Below are positions 45,885 to 56,745 of a stretch of DNA of 64,000 nucleotides, piece by piece. The DNA is taken from contig JBFXHX010000011.1 of assembly GCA_050176585.1 (NCBI GenBank), forward strand, positions 26,688-90,687, read 5' to 3'. Each line of letters begins with the position of its first letter. Positions within the stretch are counted from its first letter, which is position 1. Source of the DNA: Candidatus Binatia bacterium. GTDB taxonomy: Bacteria; Desulfobacterota; Binatia; HRBIN30; CADEER01. The notes under the pieces are model-generated. The model saw nothing but the letters and a program-made list of their open reading frames with translations, did not search any database and had not been told where the DNA came from. A program made the translations under genes and the position numbers.

Positions 45885-47687
45885 GTGAAATCACTCGTCC
45901 GCATCGCCAACGCCGGCGGGTACTGGGGCGACGATCCGGAGGCGCTCCGCCGGCAGGTGACCGGCGGACCGCTCGATTATGTGACCATGGATTTCCTGGC
46001 GGAAATCACCATGGTGATCCTGCAACGCCAGCGCGCTCGGGATCCCAAAGCGGGCTTCGCGCGCGATTTCATCGAGCACCTGCAGCTCGCGCTGCCGCCG
46101 ATCGCAGAGAGCGGTGTGACCGTGATCGTCAATGCCGGCGGCATCAATCCGACCGGCTGTGCCGAAGCGGTCGAGGCGCTCTGTGCGCGCGCAGGCGTCG
46201 ACCTGCCGCTCGGCATCGTGGACGGCGATGACCTGCTGCCGGAGCTCGCAGCGCTCGAGGCTGCCGGCGTGCAGCTGGACCATATGGACGGGAGCCGCCG
46301 TTTCGCGGAGATCCGCGGGCGGGTCGTCGCGGCCAACGCGTATCTGAGCGCCGCACCCGTCGTCGCGGCCCTGCGCGGCGGCGCCCGCATCGTCATCACC
46401 GGGCGCACCACAGACGCCGCGCTCATCCTCGCGCCACTCGTGCATGAGTTCGGCTGGGCGTGGGACGACTGGGATCGGCTCGCGGCGGGCATCGCCGCCG
46501 GCCACATCCTCGAGTGCGGGGCGCAGGCCACCGGAGGCAACTTCACGGATTGGCAGCGCATCCCGTCCATGCTCGACGTCGGCTACCCCATCGCCGAAGC
46601 ACGCGCCGACGGGACGTTCGTCGTCACCAAGCATCCACACACCGGCGGCGTCGTGAGCTTGCGCACCGTCACCGAGCAGTTGCTCTACGAGATCGGCGAC
46701 CCGCGCGCATACGCAACCCCTGACGTGGTCGCAGACTTCACGAGCCTGCAGCTCTCGCTCGACGGGCCCGACCGCGTGCGCGTCTCCGGCGCGCGCGGCC
46801 GGCCCGCCCCGCAGAACCTGAAGGTATCGGTCGTGTACCAGGCCGGCTATCGCGCCGTCGGCACCGCGCTGATCTCGGGTCCGAACGCCGTCGCCAAAGG
46901 CGAGCGACTCGCGGAGATGCTCTGGCACCGCCTCGGGACCGACTTCACCGATCGCCGTGTCGACTTCATCGGCCACAACGCGTGCTGGGGCGGTGCCGTG
47001 GCCCCCGCGCACGAGCCAAACGAGATCATCTTCCGCGCCGGTGTGGCCGACGCCGATCGCGCCAAGATAAAGCGGTTCGCCGACCACTTGCTCGGCTTCG
47101 CGCTGCAAGGGCCGCCCGGTCTCGGCCTCTTCGGCGGCCGCCCGGACGTTCAGGAAGCTTTCGGCTTCTGGCCGGCGCTGGTGCCGCGCGACCGCGTGAC
47201 CGCGCGCGTCGCCCTTCGCCATGGCGGCGAGCAGGCGGTCCAGGAGGTGCCCCTGACGCTACCCGCGGCGCCGCCGACCCGCGCGCCGGACGCGGCGCGT
47301 GAAGTCGCCATCGAGGTGGCGGACGGCGAGCGCGCGGCGCGCACCAGCCGCGTACGCCTGCAGACGATCGCGTACGCGCGCTCCGGCGACAAGGGTGACC
47401 ACGCCAACATCGGCGTCGCCGCGCGCTCTCCGCAGGCGTACGGTTTCCTCCGCGAAGCGCTCACGGCGAAGCGCGTGCGCGCCTTCTACCGCGATCTCGT
47501 CCGCGGCCCGATCGAGCGCTACGAACTCCCCAACCTGTTGGCGTTCAACTTCCTCATGCAGCACGCGCTCGGCGGCGGCGGTACGCTCTCGTTGCGCGTC
47601 GACCACCAGGGCAAGACGCTCGCGCAAGGCCTGCTGGCGCTGGAGCTGGACGTGCCCGAGGACGTGCTCGCCTCAGTGGGCGCGTGA
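45885..47687 (+). CDS. AtuA-like acyclic-terpene-utilisation family protein (DUF1446 + DUF4387)
   Basis: GTG start. VRIANAGGYWGDD N-terminus; the C-terminal YARSGDKGDHANIGV block. About 600 aa, as for AtuA homologues. Confidence 0.7.
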   Translation: MKSLVRIANAGGYWGDDPEALRRQVTGGPLDYVTMDFLAEITMVILQRQRARDPKAGFARDFIEHLQLALPPIAESGVTVIVNAGGINPTGCAEAVEALCARAGVDLPLGIVDGDDLLPELAALEAAGVQLDHMDGSRRFAEIRGRVVAANAYLSAAPVVAALRGGARIVITGRTTDAALILAPLVHEFGWAWDDWDRLAAGIAAGHILECGAQATGGNFTDWQRIPSMLDVGYPIAEARADGTFVVTKHPHTGGVVSLRTVTEQLLYEIGDPRAYATPDVVADFTSLQLSLDGPDRVRVSGARGRPAPQNLKVSVVYQAGYRAVGTALISGPNAVAKGERLAEMLWHRLGTDFTDRRVDFIGHNACWGGAVAPAHEPNEIIFRAGVADADRAKIKRFADHLLGFALQGPPGLGLFGGRPDVQEAFGFWPALVPRDRVTARVALRHGGEQAVQEVPLTLPAAPPTRAPDAAREVAIEVADGERAARTSRVRLQTIAYARSGDKGDHANIGVAARSPQAYGFLREALTAKRVRAFYRDLVRGPIERYELPNLLAFNFLMQHALGGGGTLSLRVDHQGKTLAQGLLALELDVPEDVLASVGA

Positions 47688-47727
47688 CTACCCCCTAAGC
47701 ATCGAGGCGCCGCGCCTGGCAGAATCC

Positions 47728-48429
47728 TCACGTCCGGGCGCGCTGGCCGAACAGGATCTTGCGCGCTTCCTCGTCGGGGCCGCCGCCGGCGGCGTGGGCT
47801 TCGCGGATTTCCTTGCCGACGTCGTAGCCGCGTTGCACCGCCGGGCGCTGCTTCATGCGCTCGAACCAGTTCCGCATATTCGGAAACTCATCGAGAGATT
47901 GGCCCAAGCGCTCGTACGGGGCCACCCACGGCCAGGACGCCATGTCGGCGATCGAATACTCGCCGCAGATGTAGTCGCGGCCGGCCAGGCGCTTGTTGAG
48001 CACGCCGTAGAGGCGGTTGACCTCGTTGCTGTAGCGCTGGATCGCGTAGGGGAGCTTCTCGGGGGCGTAGATGACGAAGTGGCCCGCCTGCCCGCTCATC
48101 GGACCGAGGTTGGCCATCTGCCACATCAGCCACTCGGTGACCTCGACCCGACCGCGGAGGTCGGTCGGCATGAAACCCCCGGTCTTGTCGGCGAGATAGA
48201 GCAGGATCGCGCCGGATTCGAAGATCGATACCGGTCGCCCGCCGCCGGGCGGCTCGTGGTCCACGATCGCCGGCATGCGGTTGTTCGGGCTGATGGCGAG
48301 AAACTCCGGCGTGAACTGCTCGCCGCGCCCGATGTTCACCCATTTGACCTCATACGGCAGGCCCATCTCCTCGAGCGCGATGCTGATTTTCCAGCCGTTC
48401 GGCGTTGGCCAATAGTAGAGATCGATCAT
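47728..48429 (-). CDS. Glutathione S-transferase (Nu-class, YfcG/YghU-like)
   Basis: MIDLYYWPTPNGWKISIALEEMGLPYE...AISPNNRMPAIVDH is a thioredoxin-fold GST N-domain. Confidence 0.85.
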   Translation of the reverse strand: MIDLYYWPTPNGWKISIALEEMGLPYEVKWVNIGRGEQFTPEFLAISPNNRMPAIVDHEPPGGGRPVSIFESGAILLYLADKTGGFMPTDLRGRVEVTEWLMWQMANLGPMSGQAGHFVIYAPEKLPYAIQRYSNEVNRLYGVLNKRLAGRDYICGEYSIADMASWPWVAPYERLGQSLDEFPNMRNWFERMKQRPAVQRGYDVGKEIREAHAAGGGPDEEARKILFGQRART

Positions 48430-48957
48430 CGGTCCACCCCGCATGAGCGCCGCGCGACGCGGTGCGTTTCGCTTTCGGTATTGGAGGGAATGCCGCAGCT
48501 CTTATCGGCGGCAAGGAACTCCGTCAACGCCGTGCCCGTGCAATCGCGAGACGCGCAGCTGCGCGCAAGGTGTTTCAGCGTTGGCATCTTCGCGGCTGCG
48601 GATCGGAGCAGTCGACACCACCACTTCTCGGGACGCTTGCACCGTGGCGCCATAGCAAGGGGATGAGGATCATCGATCGCTCGGCGCCACCTGCCCGGGT
48701 GCCGCGCTCCTGGATGAGCACGGCACTCACCAGGCCCTGTGCGGCGGCAGCGGCTCGCCGTTTGGGTCGAGGGCGTTCAGCACACGTACGTGCCGTCGAC
48801 GCAGTCTGCAGGGGCGGTCCAGCCTGCTCCTTGCCGAGTTGCGTGCGCGCTGTGCTGGCTGCATCGCCAGGTTGCTCGGGGCTTTCGAGCGCCATTGCGA
48901 CCGCGGAGAATTCGCTCGGACCGCGGATTCGATTTCATCGGCCGCATGACGGCGCCT

Positions 48958-50556
48958 TCAACGGGCTGCTACCCCCGAGGCAACCGTGCCAGCGGGCAGA
49001 TAGCCCGCGGCGAGCTCGGCGTACGACCGCACCTGCTGGTCGATCCACGCCGCATCGCGGCCTAGCTCCTCCGCGATCAGCCGGGCGGCCAGCGGCGCGG
49101 CCTCGATCGAGGCGCGCGCATCGAGCAGCAGCGAGCGCGTGCGGCGCGCGAGAGCATCTTCGAGCGTGCGGGCCATCTCGTGGCGCGCCGCCCACGTGAT
49201 CTGACCGCGGTAATAGGGCAGCCGGTCGTGGAGCAAGGCGCGGCGCGCCGGTTCCTGATCGAGAAACGCTTGCACGTCGGCGGCATCCGAACCGTACATC
49301 TGCATGTGGCGCGCGCTGGGCAGGGTGGGATCGGTCGGGGCGAGGCAGCCGTGCAGGCGCAGATGCTCGGTGACGCACGGGCGCTCGGGCAAGCCGCCGA
49401 CCGCGACCGCGTCGTCCACGGTGTCCTGCGCCATCTTGCGGTATGTCGTCCACTTGCCGCCCACGATAGTGACCAGCCCGCCCGGGGAGATCACGACCAC
49501 GTGCTCGCGCGAGATCGATTTCGTCGCCAGCGCGCCGTGGACCGGCTGCACGAGCGGGCGCAGGCCGGCGAAGTAGCTGAGCACGTCCGCCTCCGCAGGC
49601 GCGCGATTCAGGTAGCGCGCCGCGTTGCGCAGGATGAAGGCGACCTCTTCGTCGAGCGGCCGCGGCTCGATCGCGGGCTCCGCGACGGGCGTGTCGGTGG
49701 TGCCGATCAGACAGCGATCCTGCCACGGGATCACGAACAGCACGCGTCCGTCGTCCGTCTGCGGCACCATGATCGCCGTATCGCTGGGTTGAAACCGGCG
49801 GTCGAGCACCAGGTGCACGCCCTGGCTCAGCGACACCATGGGCTCGCTGGCGCGATCGTCGAGACGCCGCACGGCGTCGGTGAACGCGCCGGTGGCATTG
49901 ATGACCACTTTGGCGCGGAGCTCGCGTTGCCGGCCGGTCTCGCCGTCCACCGCCATGACGCCGCGCACCATTCCACCGGCTTTCAGCAAGCCGACCGCGG
50001 CCATGTAGTTCACCAGCACGGCCCCGTGATCGGCGGCGGTCTGCGCCAGCGCCAGCGCCAGGCGCGCATCGTCGAACTGCGCGTCATGGTACATGGCGCC
50101 GCCGATCAGGTGTTTCGTTTCCACGTTGGGAATGCGCTCGATCGTCTGCTTGCGGTTCAGCTGGCGCGACTTCGCGATGTTCAGCCGCCCCGCGAGCACG
50201 TCGTAGAGCTTGAAGCCGATGCCGTAGAAGGGCCCCTCCCACCACTTGTAGCGCGGCACGACGAACGCCAGATCGTGCACGAGGTGGGCGGCGTTGCGGC
50301 ACAACAAACCGCGCTCGCGCAGCGCCTCGAGCACGAGCGCGACGTTGCCTTGCTTCAAGTAGCGCACGCCGCCGTGCACGAGCTTGGTGCTGCGGCTCGA
50401 GGTGGCCTTGGCAAAGTCGTACTGCTCGATCAACAGCGTGCGATAGCCACGCGTCTGCGCATCGACGGCCACGCCGAGGCCCGTCGCCCCGCCGCCGATC
50501 ACGATGACGTCCCACGGCTCGCCGTCGAGCCGTGGGATCATGCGCTCGCGCTTCAT
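48958..50556 (-). CDS. glpD: FAD-dependent glycerol-3-phosphate dehydrogenase
   Basis: WDVIVIGGGATGLGVAVDAQTRGYRTLLIEQYDFAKATSSRSTKLVHGGVRY. The start could be 50556 or 50541. Confidence 0.85.
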   Translation of the reverse strand: MKRERMIPRLDGEPWDVIVIGGGATGLGVAVDAQTRGYRTLLIEQYDFAKATSSRSTKLVHGGVRYLKQGNVALVLEALRERGLLCRNAAHLVHDLAFVVPRYKWWEGPFYGIGFKLYDVLAGRLNIAKSRQLNRKQTIERIPNVETKHLIGGAMYHDAQFDDARLALALAQTAADHGAVLVNYMAAVGLLKAGGMVRGVMAVDGETGRQRELRAKVVINATGAFTDAVRRLDDRASEPMVSLSQGVHLVLDRRFQPSDTAIMVPQTDDGRVLFVIPWQDRCLIGTTDTPVAEPAIEPRPLDEEVAFILRNAARYLNRAPAEADVLSYFAGLRPLVQPVHGALATKSISREHVVVISPGGLVTIVGGKWTTYRKMAQDTVDDAVAVGGLPERPCVTEHLRLHGCLAPTDPTLPSARHMQMYGSDAADVQAFLDQEPARRALLHDRLPYYRGQITWAARHEMARTLEDALARRTRSLLLDARASIEAAPLAARLIAEELGRDAAWIDQQVRSYAELAAGYLPAGTVASGVAAR

Positions 50557-50581
50557 CCCCGCGCCGCCCGGGCGCGCGGTG

Positions 50582-51238
50582 TCATGTCGCGCCCGGTCCG
50601 CGCAGCGTAGGAAACAAGCCGTGAATCCCGTCGGCCATAAACTGCACGGCCATCGCCACCAGGATCATGCCCATCAAGCGGCTGACGACGTTCACACCCG
50701 TGCGCCCGAGCAACCGCAGGAGAGCGTCCGAGTAGCGCAGAAAGGCCCAGCAGAGCAGCGCGTTGGCGACGATGCCGACTACCAGCGTGCCCCAGAGGTG
50801 CCATGCCATCGCCTGGTGGTCGAACACGATCACCGTGCTCAGCGAACCGGCGCCGGCGAGGATCGGCGTGCCAATCGGCACGATTGCGATCTCGCGCCAC
50901 TGCGCGGCCTCCGCGGCTTCGGCCGGCGTCGTCTTGGCGCGACTGACCTCGCCCTGGAGCATCGACAGGCCCATCAGGAGGATGAGCACGCCGCCGCCCA
51001 CCTGGAAGGCGGGCACGGTGATGCCGAAAAAATGGAGCATGTCCTCGCCGATGAGGAGTGCCAGCATCAGCGCCAGGAACACGGTGGTCGCGGCGAGCAG
51101 TGCGACGCGCCGGGTGGTCTCGGCGGTCGGCGCCTGGACCATGGCGAGGTACAGCGGCACCGCGTGCACCGGGTTGAGGACCGAGAACAGCGTGACGAAG
51201 AAGCTCAGCCCGAAGCCGAGCACCGTAGTGCGCTGCAT
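50582..51238 (-). CDS. MarC-family (UPF0056) membrane protein
   Basis: 6-TM protein from MQRTTVLGFGLSFFVTLFSVLNP, a MarC-family N-terminus. Confidence 0.7.
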   Translation of the reverse strand: MQRTTVLGFGLSFFVTLFSVLNPVHAVPLYLAMVQAPTAETTRRVALLAATTVFLALMLALLIGEDMLHFFGITVPAFQVGGGVLILLMGLSMLQGEVSRAKTTPAEAAEAAQWREIAIVPIGTPILAGAGSLSTVIVFDHQAMAWHLWGTLVVGIVANALLCWAFLRYSDALLRLLGRTGVNVVSRLMGMILVAMAVQFMADGIHGLFPTLRGPGAT

Positions 51239-51268
51239 GCGCGAGTGGCGGCCGCCCAAGCCGGCGCG

Positions 51269-51769
51269 CTAGGGCTGTAACACGGAGGGATCGTACCAGT
51301 AGCGCTCGCGTACGATCTTGCCGTTCTCGATCTCGTGGACGGCCACTTCGTGAAGCTCCACGGTCTGCCCGCTCTCCGCCAGCGTCATCCGGCCGTCCCA
51401 CTCGATCACGATCGTGCTGCCATCCGCCAGCACGGCGCGCGGGATCAACAAGGCGCTGCTCACCATGCGGCGAAACATGTCGAACTTGTCCCTCAGCGCC
51501 TGAATGCCGACGGTCGGCGGACTGCTCGCCTCGGTCGACTCGACGGCGTCGTCGTAGAGCGCGAGCATCGCCCCCTGATCGTTCGACAGCGTGACGTCCA
51601 CGATGTGCCGCGCCAGCTTGCGCAACTCGGCATTCGCGTCGACCGCAACCGCGCGCGTGGTGACCGCGCGGCGCGCTGGCGACTTGGCGACGGGGTTTTT
51701 CGCCCGTTTGGCCGCCGTCCGTTTCGCCGTGCGCTGGACCTGCAGCGCCTTGCCGCTTCGCATGCCCAT
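51269..51769 (-). CDS. NTF2/SnoaL-fold protein with Lys/Ala/Arg-rich (histone H1-like) N-terminal tail
   Basis: The tail MGMRSGKALQVQRTAKRTAAKRAKNPVAKSPARRA, then a SnoaL-like fold (ends ...IENGKIVRERYWYDPSVL). SD GGGAGGT 5 nt upstream of the ATG. Confidence 0.7.
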   Translation of the reverse strand: MGMRSGKALQVQRTAKRTAAKRAKNPVAKSPARRAVTTRAVAVDANAELRKLARHIVDVTLSNDQGAMLALYDDAVESTEASSPPTVGIQALRDKFDMFRRMVSSALLIPRAVLADGSTIVIEWDGRMTLAESGQTVELHEVAVHEIENGKIVRERYWYDPSVLQP

Positions 51770-51909
51770 GCTGACCTCCCGCGGTGGCGGGCACCATGGA
51801 CTCGAAGCGCATGCGACGTCAAGGCGCGCGACCGCGGCGCCGTCCACCCTCGTCCGTGGCGTATCGCGCGGCCGTATGGCTTTATGGCCGCATCGGAGGT
51901 CCGCCAGTC

Positions 51910-52482
51910 GTGTATCGGGGTGAACAGGGCGCAGCGACCCGCGCGCGCGTCAAGCGCGGCGCGCGCACATTGGTCGTCATGGCATTGCTGGCGGGCTGCT
52001 CCGAGCAGATCCCCATCCACGTCCAACCCAACCCGCTGGCGAGCTTCGCCGATTATCACACCTACGCGTGGATAACCGCGCCGCCGACGCCCGCGCCCGG
52101 TGCACCGGAGACCGGCAGGGAGGTGTTCGGCTGGCGGGTCGAGAATGCGGTGGACACGGCGTTGAAAACGCGCGGGTACCTGCTCGACGAGCGCCAGCCC
52201 GACCTGCTGGTCCGCACGCTGACGACGATCGAGGAGCGCTATGCGGACACGATCCAGGGCTACCAGCACTACCGCAACGCCGGCGGTGAGCAGCCGCTGT
52301 TCAGCGCCTTTTCCCTCGGTTACGAGGAAGCCACGGTGATCGTCGAACTGTATGACGCGCAAACGCACGCGCTTCTCTGGCGCGGCAGCACCGCGATCGC
52401 GATGGATGCGAAGCGGCGCGCCGACCGCGCCGCGGCCGGCGTGGCCGAGATGTTCAAGTCGTTCCCGGCCCGCCAGGGATGA
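51910..52482 (+). CDS. Lipoprotein, DUF4136-like
   Basis: Lipobox LLAGC (VVMALLAGCSEQ). The start is uncertain: GTG 51910, with in-frame alternatives up to 51784. Confidence 0.55.
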   Translation: MYRGEQGAATRARVKRGARTLVVMALLAGCSEQIPIHVQPNPLASFADYHTYAWITAPPTPAPGAPETGREVFGWRVENAVDTALKTRGYLLDERQPDLLVRTLTTIEERYADTIQGYQHYRNAGGEQPLFSAFSLGYEEATVIVELYDAQTHALLWRGSTAIAMDAKRRADRAAAGVAEMFKSFPARQG

Positions 52483-52717
52483 AGAGCCGGGTCGGGCAGG
52501 CTGTTCGCTGTTCCGCTGTTACGGAAGTACACGAGCTCGGGCGGTCGCTGCGAATCTGAGCCGGCCACTGCACATGACTCGACATCCCTTGCCAGCGTGC
52601 CGCAGGGGCATTCTGCCGCACAAACGTGTCGGCCAGGTCCTCAGAGAGTTGTGTCAGCGATATCCGCGGGCCCCCAAACAGTAAGCGCCCAAGCGCGTAA
52701 CAGCCCGTGATCCTGCG

Positions 52718-55552
52718 TTACGCCGTCCCGGCGTGAATCGCCGCCGGCGCGCCCAGCGCCGCAGCGAGCAAGGTGCGGGTGTACTCCGCCTGCGGCGCGG
52801 TGAAGATCTGCTCAGCAGGGCCCTGCTCGACCACCACGCCGTCCTTCAGCACCACGATGCGATGGCTCATCGCGCGCACGACGCGCAAGTCATGGCTGAT
52901 GAACAGATAGGCGAGCCGGTGACGGGCCTGCAGCGTGCGCAGCAGGTCGACGATCTGGGCCTGCACGGACACGTCGAGCGCCGAGGTCGGCTCGTCCAGG
53001 ATGAGGAGCGCCGGCTTGAGCACCAGCGCGCGGGCGATGGCGATCCGCTGGCGTTGGCCGCCGCTGAACTCGTGCGGATAGCGATGGCGCGTCTCGGGAT
53101 CGAGGTCGACTTCGCGCAACGCCGCGGCGATGAGCGCCTCGCGCTCGGCGTGGTCCGCGCCGATGCCGTGCGCGCGCAGTCCCTCGCCGACGATCTGGCC
53201 GACCGACAGGCGCGGGTTGAGTGAACCGTACGGATCCTGAAAGACGATCTGCATCTCGCGCCGTAGCGGCCGGAGCGCACCGCCGCGCAGCTCGCCGAGC
53301 TCTCGGCCGTCGAACAGCAGCCGGCCCTGACTGTCGACCAAGCGCAGCACCGCCAGCGCCAGCGTCGTCTTCCCCGAGCCGCTTTCGCCGACGATGCCCA
53401 CCGTCTCGCCGGCCCGCACCTCCACAGTGACGCCGTCGAGCGCGCGCACGTGGTCGACCGTGCGGCGCAGCACGCCCTGCTTGATCGGATACCAGACGCG
53501 CAGCGCGTCGCAGCTCAGCACCACCGGCGCGGCCGGCGGTACCGGCGCGGGGACGCCGGAGGGCTGCGCGGCGAGCAGGCGCCGCGTGTACGGGTGGTGC
53601 GGCGCGCCGAACACAGCCGCCACTGCACCCTGCTCGACGATTCCGCCCGCCTGCATCACGCACACGCGGTCGGCGATAGCGCGCACGATCGAGAGATCGT
53701 GCGTAATGAACAACATGGCCATCCCGAGGCGCTGCTGGAGCTCTTTCAGCAGCGCGAGCAGCTGCGCCTGGATGGTGACGTCGACCGCGGTGGTCGGCTC
53801 ATCGGCGATCAAGATGTCCGGCTCGTTCGCCAGCGCCATGGCGATCATCACCCGCTGGCGCTGTCCGCCGGACAGCTCGTGCGGGAATGCGCCGAGCCGG
53901 CGCTCTGGATCGGGGAGCCCCACGAGGCGCAGCAGCTCGATCGTGCGCGCGCGAGCGGCCGCCGCGCCGAGGTCGCCATGCACGGCCAGGCTCTCGCTGA
54001 TCTGGCGCTCGATCGTGTGCAGCGGGTTCAGCGAAGTCATCGGCTCCTGGAAGATCATCGCGATGCGATCGCCGCGCACGCGGCGGAGCGTGTCCCCCGA
54101 CGCGCCGACCAGCTCGACGCCCTGAAACCGGATGCTCCCGCTCGGGTGGCGCGCGTGCGGGTAGGGCAGCAACTGCAGAATGGAGAGCGCGGTCACCGAT
54201 TTTCCGGAGCCGCTCTCGCCGACCAGGGCCAGCGTCTCACCGGGTCGCAGGTCGAACGACGCGCCGACCACGGCGTCGACCGCGCCTGCGCCCTCGCCGA
54301 AGCGGACGCGCAGGTCGCGCACGCTCAACAGCGTATCATCCGCCGGCTCGGCGGCGGGCGCGCCGGCGGCGGGTGCGGGCTGGCGGCGCGGCATCCGCCG
54401 CGCATCGCCGGGGCCCGCCGGTACCGCGGCCAACGTCCTCCGCGGGTCCAGCGCATCCCGCGCGGCTTCGCCGATGAACACCAGCAGCGTCAGCATGGCG
54501 GCGATGACCGTGAAGCCCGTCAGGCCGAGCCACGGCGCTTGCAGGTTGTTTTTGCCCTGCTGGAGCAGCTCGCCGAGCGATGGCGATCCCGGCGGCAGTC
54601 CGAAGCCGAGGAAATCCAGCGCGGTAAGGGTCACCACCGCGCCGCTGGCAATGAACGGCAGGAAGGTGAGCGACGAGGTCATGGCGTTCGGCAGCAGGTG
54701 CCGGAACATGATGCCCGCGTCGCCGACGCCGAGGGCGCGCGCCGCCCGCACGTAATCGAAGTTCCGCCCGCGCAGAAACTCCGCGCGCACGACGCCGACC
54801 AGGGTCATCCAGCTGAACAGCAGCAACAACCCGAGCAGCCACCAGAAACTCGGGGTGACCACGCTCGCCAGGATGATGAGCAGGAACAGGGTCGGCATAC
54901 CCGACCAGATCTCGATGAAGCGCTGCAGCAAGAGGTCGACCCACCCGCCGAAGTAGCCCTGCACCGCGCCGGCGGCGATGCCGATGATCGAGCTCAACAC
55001 GGTCAGCGTGAGGCCGAACAGCACGGACAAGCGGTACCCGTAGATCAATCGCGCCAGCACATCGCGCGCCTGGTCGTCGGTGCCGAGCCAGTTCTGCCAG
55101 GTCGGCGGCGACGGCGCCGGTCCGGGGAGGTCGCGCACGATGGTGTCGTAGCTGTACGGAATGGGCGGCCAGACCATCCATCCGTCCTCGCGGATAAGCC
55201 GCTGCACCTCCGGATCGCGGTAGTCCGTCGCCGTTTCGAGAAAGCCCCCGAACGTGGTCTCCGGGTACGCGACGAACACGGGCGTATAGAATCGCCCGGC
55301 GTAGCGGACGAGCAGCGGCTTGTCGTTGGCGATCAGCTCGGCGCCGAGCGCCACCAGGAGCAAAGCGACGAAGATCCAGAGCGACCACCACCCGCGGCGG
55401 TTGGCGCGGAAGTTCGCCATCCGGCGCCGGTTGAGTGGGCTCAGCGGGAGCGCGGAGCGGCCGGCTGGCGGAGAGGGTCGGCCCTCGGCGGGCAGTGCGT
55501 CCCGGCTGCCGGGCACCGGGGCCGGTTTGGCGTCGGCGAGGTGAGAGCTCAT
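52718..55552 (-). CDS. yejEF: Apparent in-frame fusion of a YejE-type ABC permease and a YejF-type double ATP-binding protein (944 aa)
   Basis: N-terminus [25 protein letters not shown]...[12 protein letters not shown] matches YejE. It is continuous, with no stop, with MPRRQPAP...[14 protein letters not shown]...[12 protein letters not shown], and a second Walker [17 protein letters not shown] overlap with the yejB stop. Confidence 0.7.
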   Translation of the reverse strand: MSSHLADAKPAPVPGSRDALPAEGRPSPPAGRSALPLSPLNRRRMANFRANRRGWWSLWIFVALLLVALGAELIANDKPLLVRYAGRFYTPVFVAYPETTFGGFLETATDYRDPEVQRLIREDGWMVWPPIPYSYDTIVRDLPGPAPSPPTWQNWLGTDDQARDVLARLIYGYRLSVLFGLTLTVLSSIIGIAAGAVQGYFGGWVDLLLQRFIEIWSGMPTLFLLIILASVVTPSFWWLLGLLLLFSWMTLVGVVRAEFLRGRNFDYVRAARALGVGDAGIMFRHLLPNAMTSSLTFLPFIASGAVVTLTALDFLGFGLPPGSPSLGELLQQGKNNLQAPWLGLTGFTVIAAMLTLLVFIGEAARDALDPRRTLAAVPAGPGDARRMPRRQPAPAAGAPAAEPADDTLLSVRDLRVRFGEGAGAVDAVVGASFDLRPGETLALVGESGSGKSVTALSILQLLPYPHARHPSGSIRFQGVELVGASGDTLRRVRGDRIAMIFQEPMTSLNPLHTIERQISESLAVHGDLGAAAARARTIELLRLVGLPDPERRLGAFPHELSGGQRQRVMIAMALANEPDILIADEPTTAVDVTIQAQLLALLKELQQRLGMAMLFITHDLSIVRAIADRVCVMQAGGIVEQGAVAAVFGAPHHPYTRRLLAAQPSGVPAPVPPAAPVVLSCDALRVWYPIKQGVLRRTVDHVRALDGVTVEVRAGETVGIVGESGSGKTTLALAVLRLVDSQGRLLFDGRELGELRGGALRPLRREMQIVFQDPYGSLNPRLSVGQIVGEGLRAHGIGADHAEREALIAAALREVDLDPETRHRYPHEFSGGQRQRIAIARALVLKPALLILDEPTSALDVSVQAQIVDLLRTLQARHRLAYLFISHDLRVVRAMSHRIVVLKDGVVVEQGPAEQIFTAPQAEYTRTLLAAALGAPAAIHAGTA

Positions 55553-56640
55553 CGGCGTTCGAAGTCGATGCGCGGATCGACGACCACGTACGTGAGGTCC
55601 TCGATCAGCTTCGTGATGAGGCCGATCAGGGTGAAGCAGTAGAGGGTGCCGAAGATCAACGGGTAGTCGCGCGACACGGTGGCCTGGAAGCCGAGCAGGC
55701 CGAGCCCGTCGATCGAAAAGATGATCTCGGTGAGCAGCGCGCTGGTGAACAGGATGCTGATCAACGCGTTCGGAAACCCGCTGATGATGATCAGCATCGC
55801 GTTGCGGAACACGTGGCGGTAGAGCACGCGCCGCTCGCTCAGCCCTTTGGCGCGCGCGGTGAGCACGTACTGCTGATTGATCTGGTCCAGAAACGAGTTC
55901 TTGGTCAGCAGGGTGAGGCTCGCGAAGCCGCCGATGACCATCGACAGCACCGGCAGCGTGAGGTGCCAGAAATAGTCGGTGAGCTTGTGCCAGAAGTCGA
56001 GCTCGCTCCAGTTGTCGGACACGAGCCCGCGCAGGGGGAACCACTGGAAGTAGCTGCCGCCGGCGAACAGCACGATCAACAGGATCGCGAACAGGAAGCT
56101 CGGAATGGCATTGCCGACGATGACGACGCCCGAGGTCCAGACGTCGAAGCGCGAGCCGTCGCGGACGGCCTTGGCCACGCCGAGCGGGATCGAGATCAGA
56201 TAGATGATGAGCGTAGTCCACAGGCCGAGCGACATCGACACCGGCAAGCGCTCGAGCACCAGGTCGATGACGGAGCGGCTGCGGAAGAAGCTCTCACCGA
56301 AGTCGAAGCGCAGATAGCGCTCCATCATCAAGAGGAAGCGCTCGTGCGCGGGCTTGTCGAACCCGAACTGGCGCTCGAGGTCCTTCACCAGCTCCGGGTC
56401 GAGCCCCTGAGCGCCGCGGTAGCGGCTGCTGCTGGCGCCGGTCGCCGGCGCCGCGCCGCCGCCTTCGCCGAGTCCCCCGGAGACGCGCGCGGTCGCGGAC
56501 ACCGCCGTTCCCTTCAGCTGCGCGAGTAGCTGCTCCACCGGTCCGCCGGGGGCGGCCTGGATGATGGCGAAGTTGAGCAGCATGATCCCGAACAGGGTTG
56601 GGACCATCAGCAGCAAGCGGCGCGTGATGTAGGCGAGCAT
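55549..56640 (-). CDS. yejB: ABC transporter permease, YejB-type
   Basis: [35 protein letters not shown] is a DppB/YejB N-terminus; 6 TM. Confidence 0.85.
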   Translation of the reverse strand: MLAYITRRLLLMVPTLFGIMLLNFAIIQAAPGGPVEQLLAQLKGTAVSATARVSGGLGEGGGAAPATGASSSRYRGAQGLDPELVKDLERQFGFDKPAHERFLLMMERYLRFDFGESFFRSRSVIDLVLERLPVSMSLGLWTTLIIYLISIPLGVAKAVRDGSRFDVWTSGVVIVGNAIPSFLFAILLIVLFAGGSYFQWFPLRGLVSDNWSELDFWHKLTDYFWHLTLPVLSMVIGGFASLTLLTKNSFLDQINQQYVLTARAKGLSERRVLYRHVFRNAMLIIISGFPNALISILFTSALLTEIIFSIDGLGLLGFQATVSRDYPLIFGTLYCFTLIGLITKLIEDLTYVVVDPRIDFERR

Positions 56641-56745
56641 GGTGCGTTTAGTGCGACGCGGCGCAGGCGCCGAGCACGGCGCGCGCCTCGATGGCGAATT
56701 CCGCGCGGCGCGCGCCGGCGCGGTCCCGCGTGTGGCTCTGTTCTC

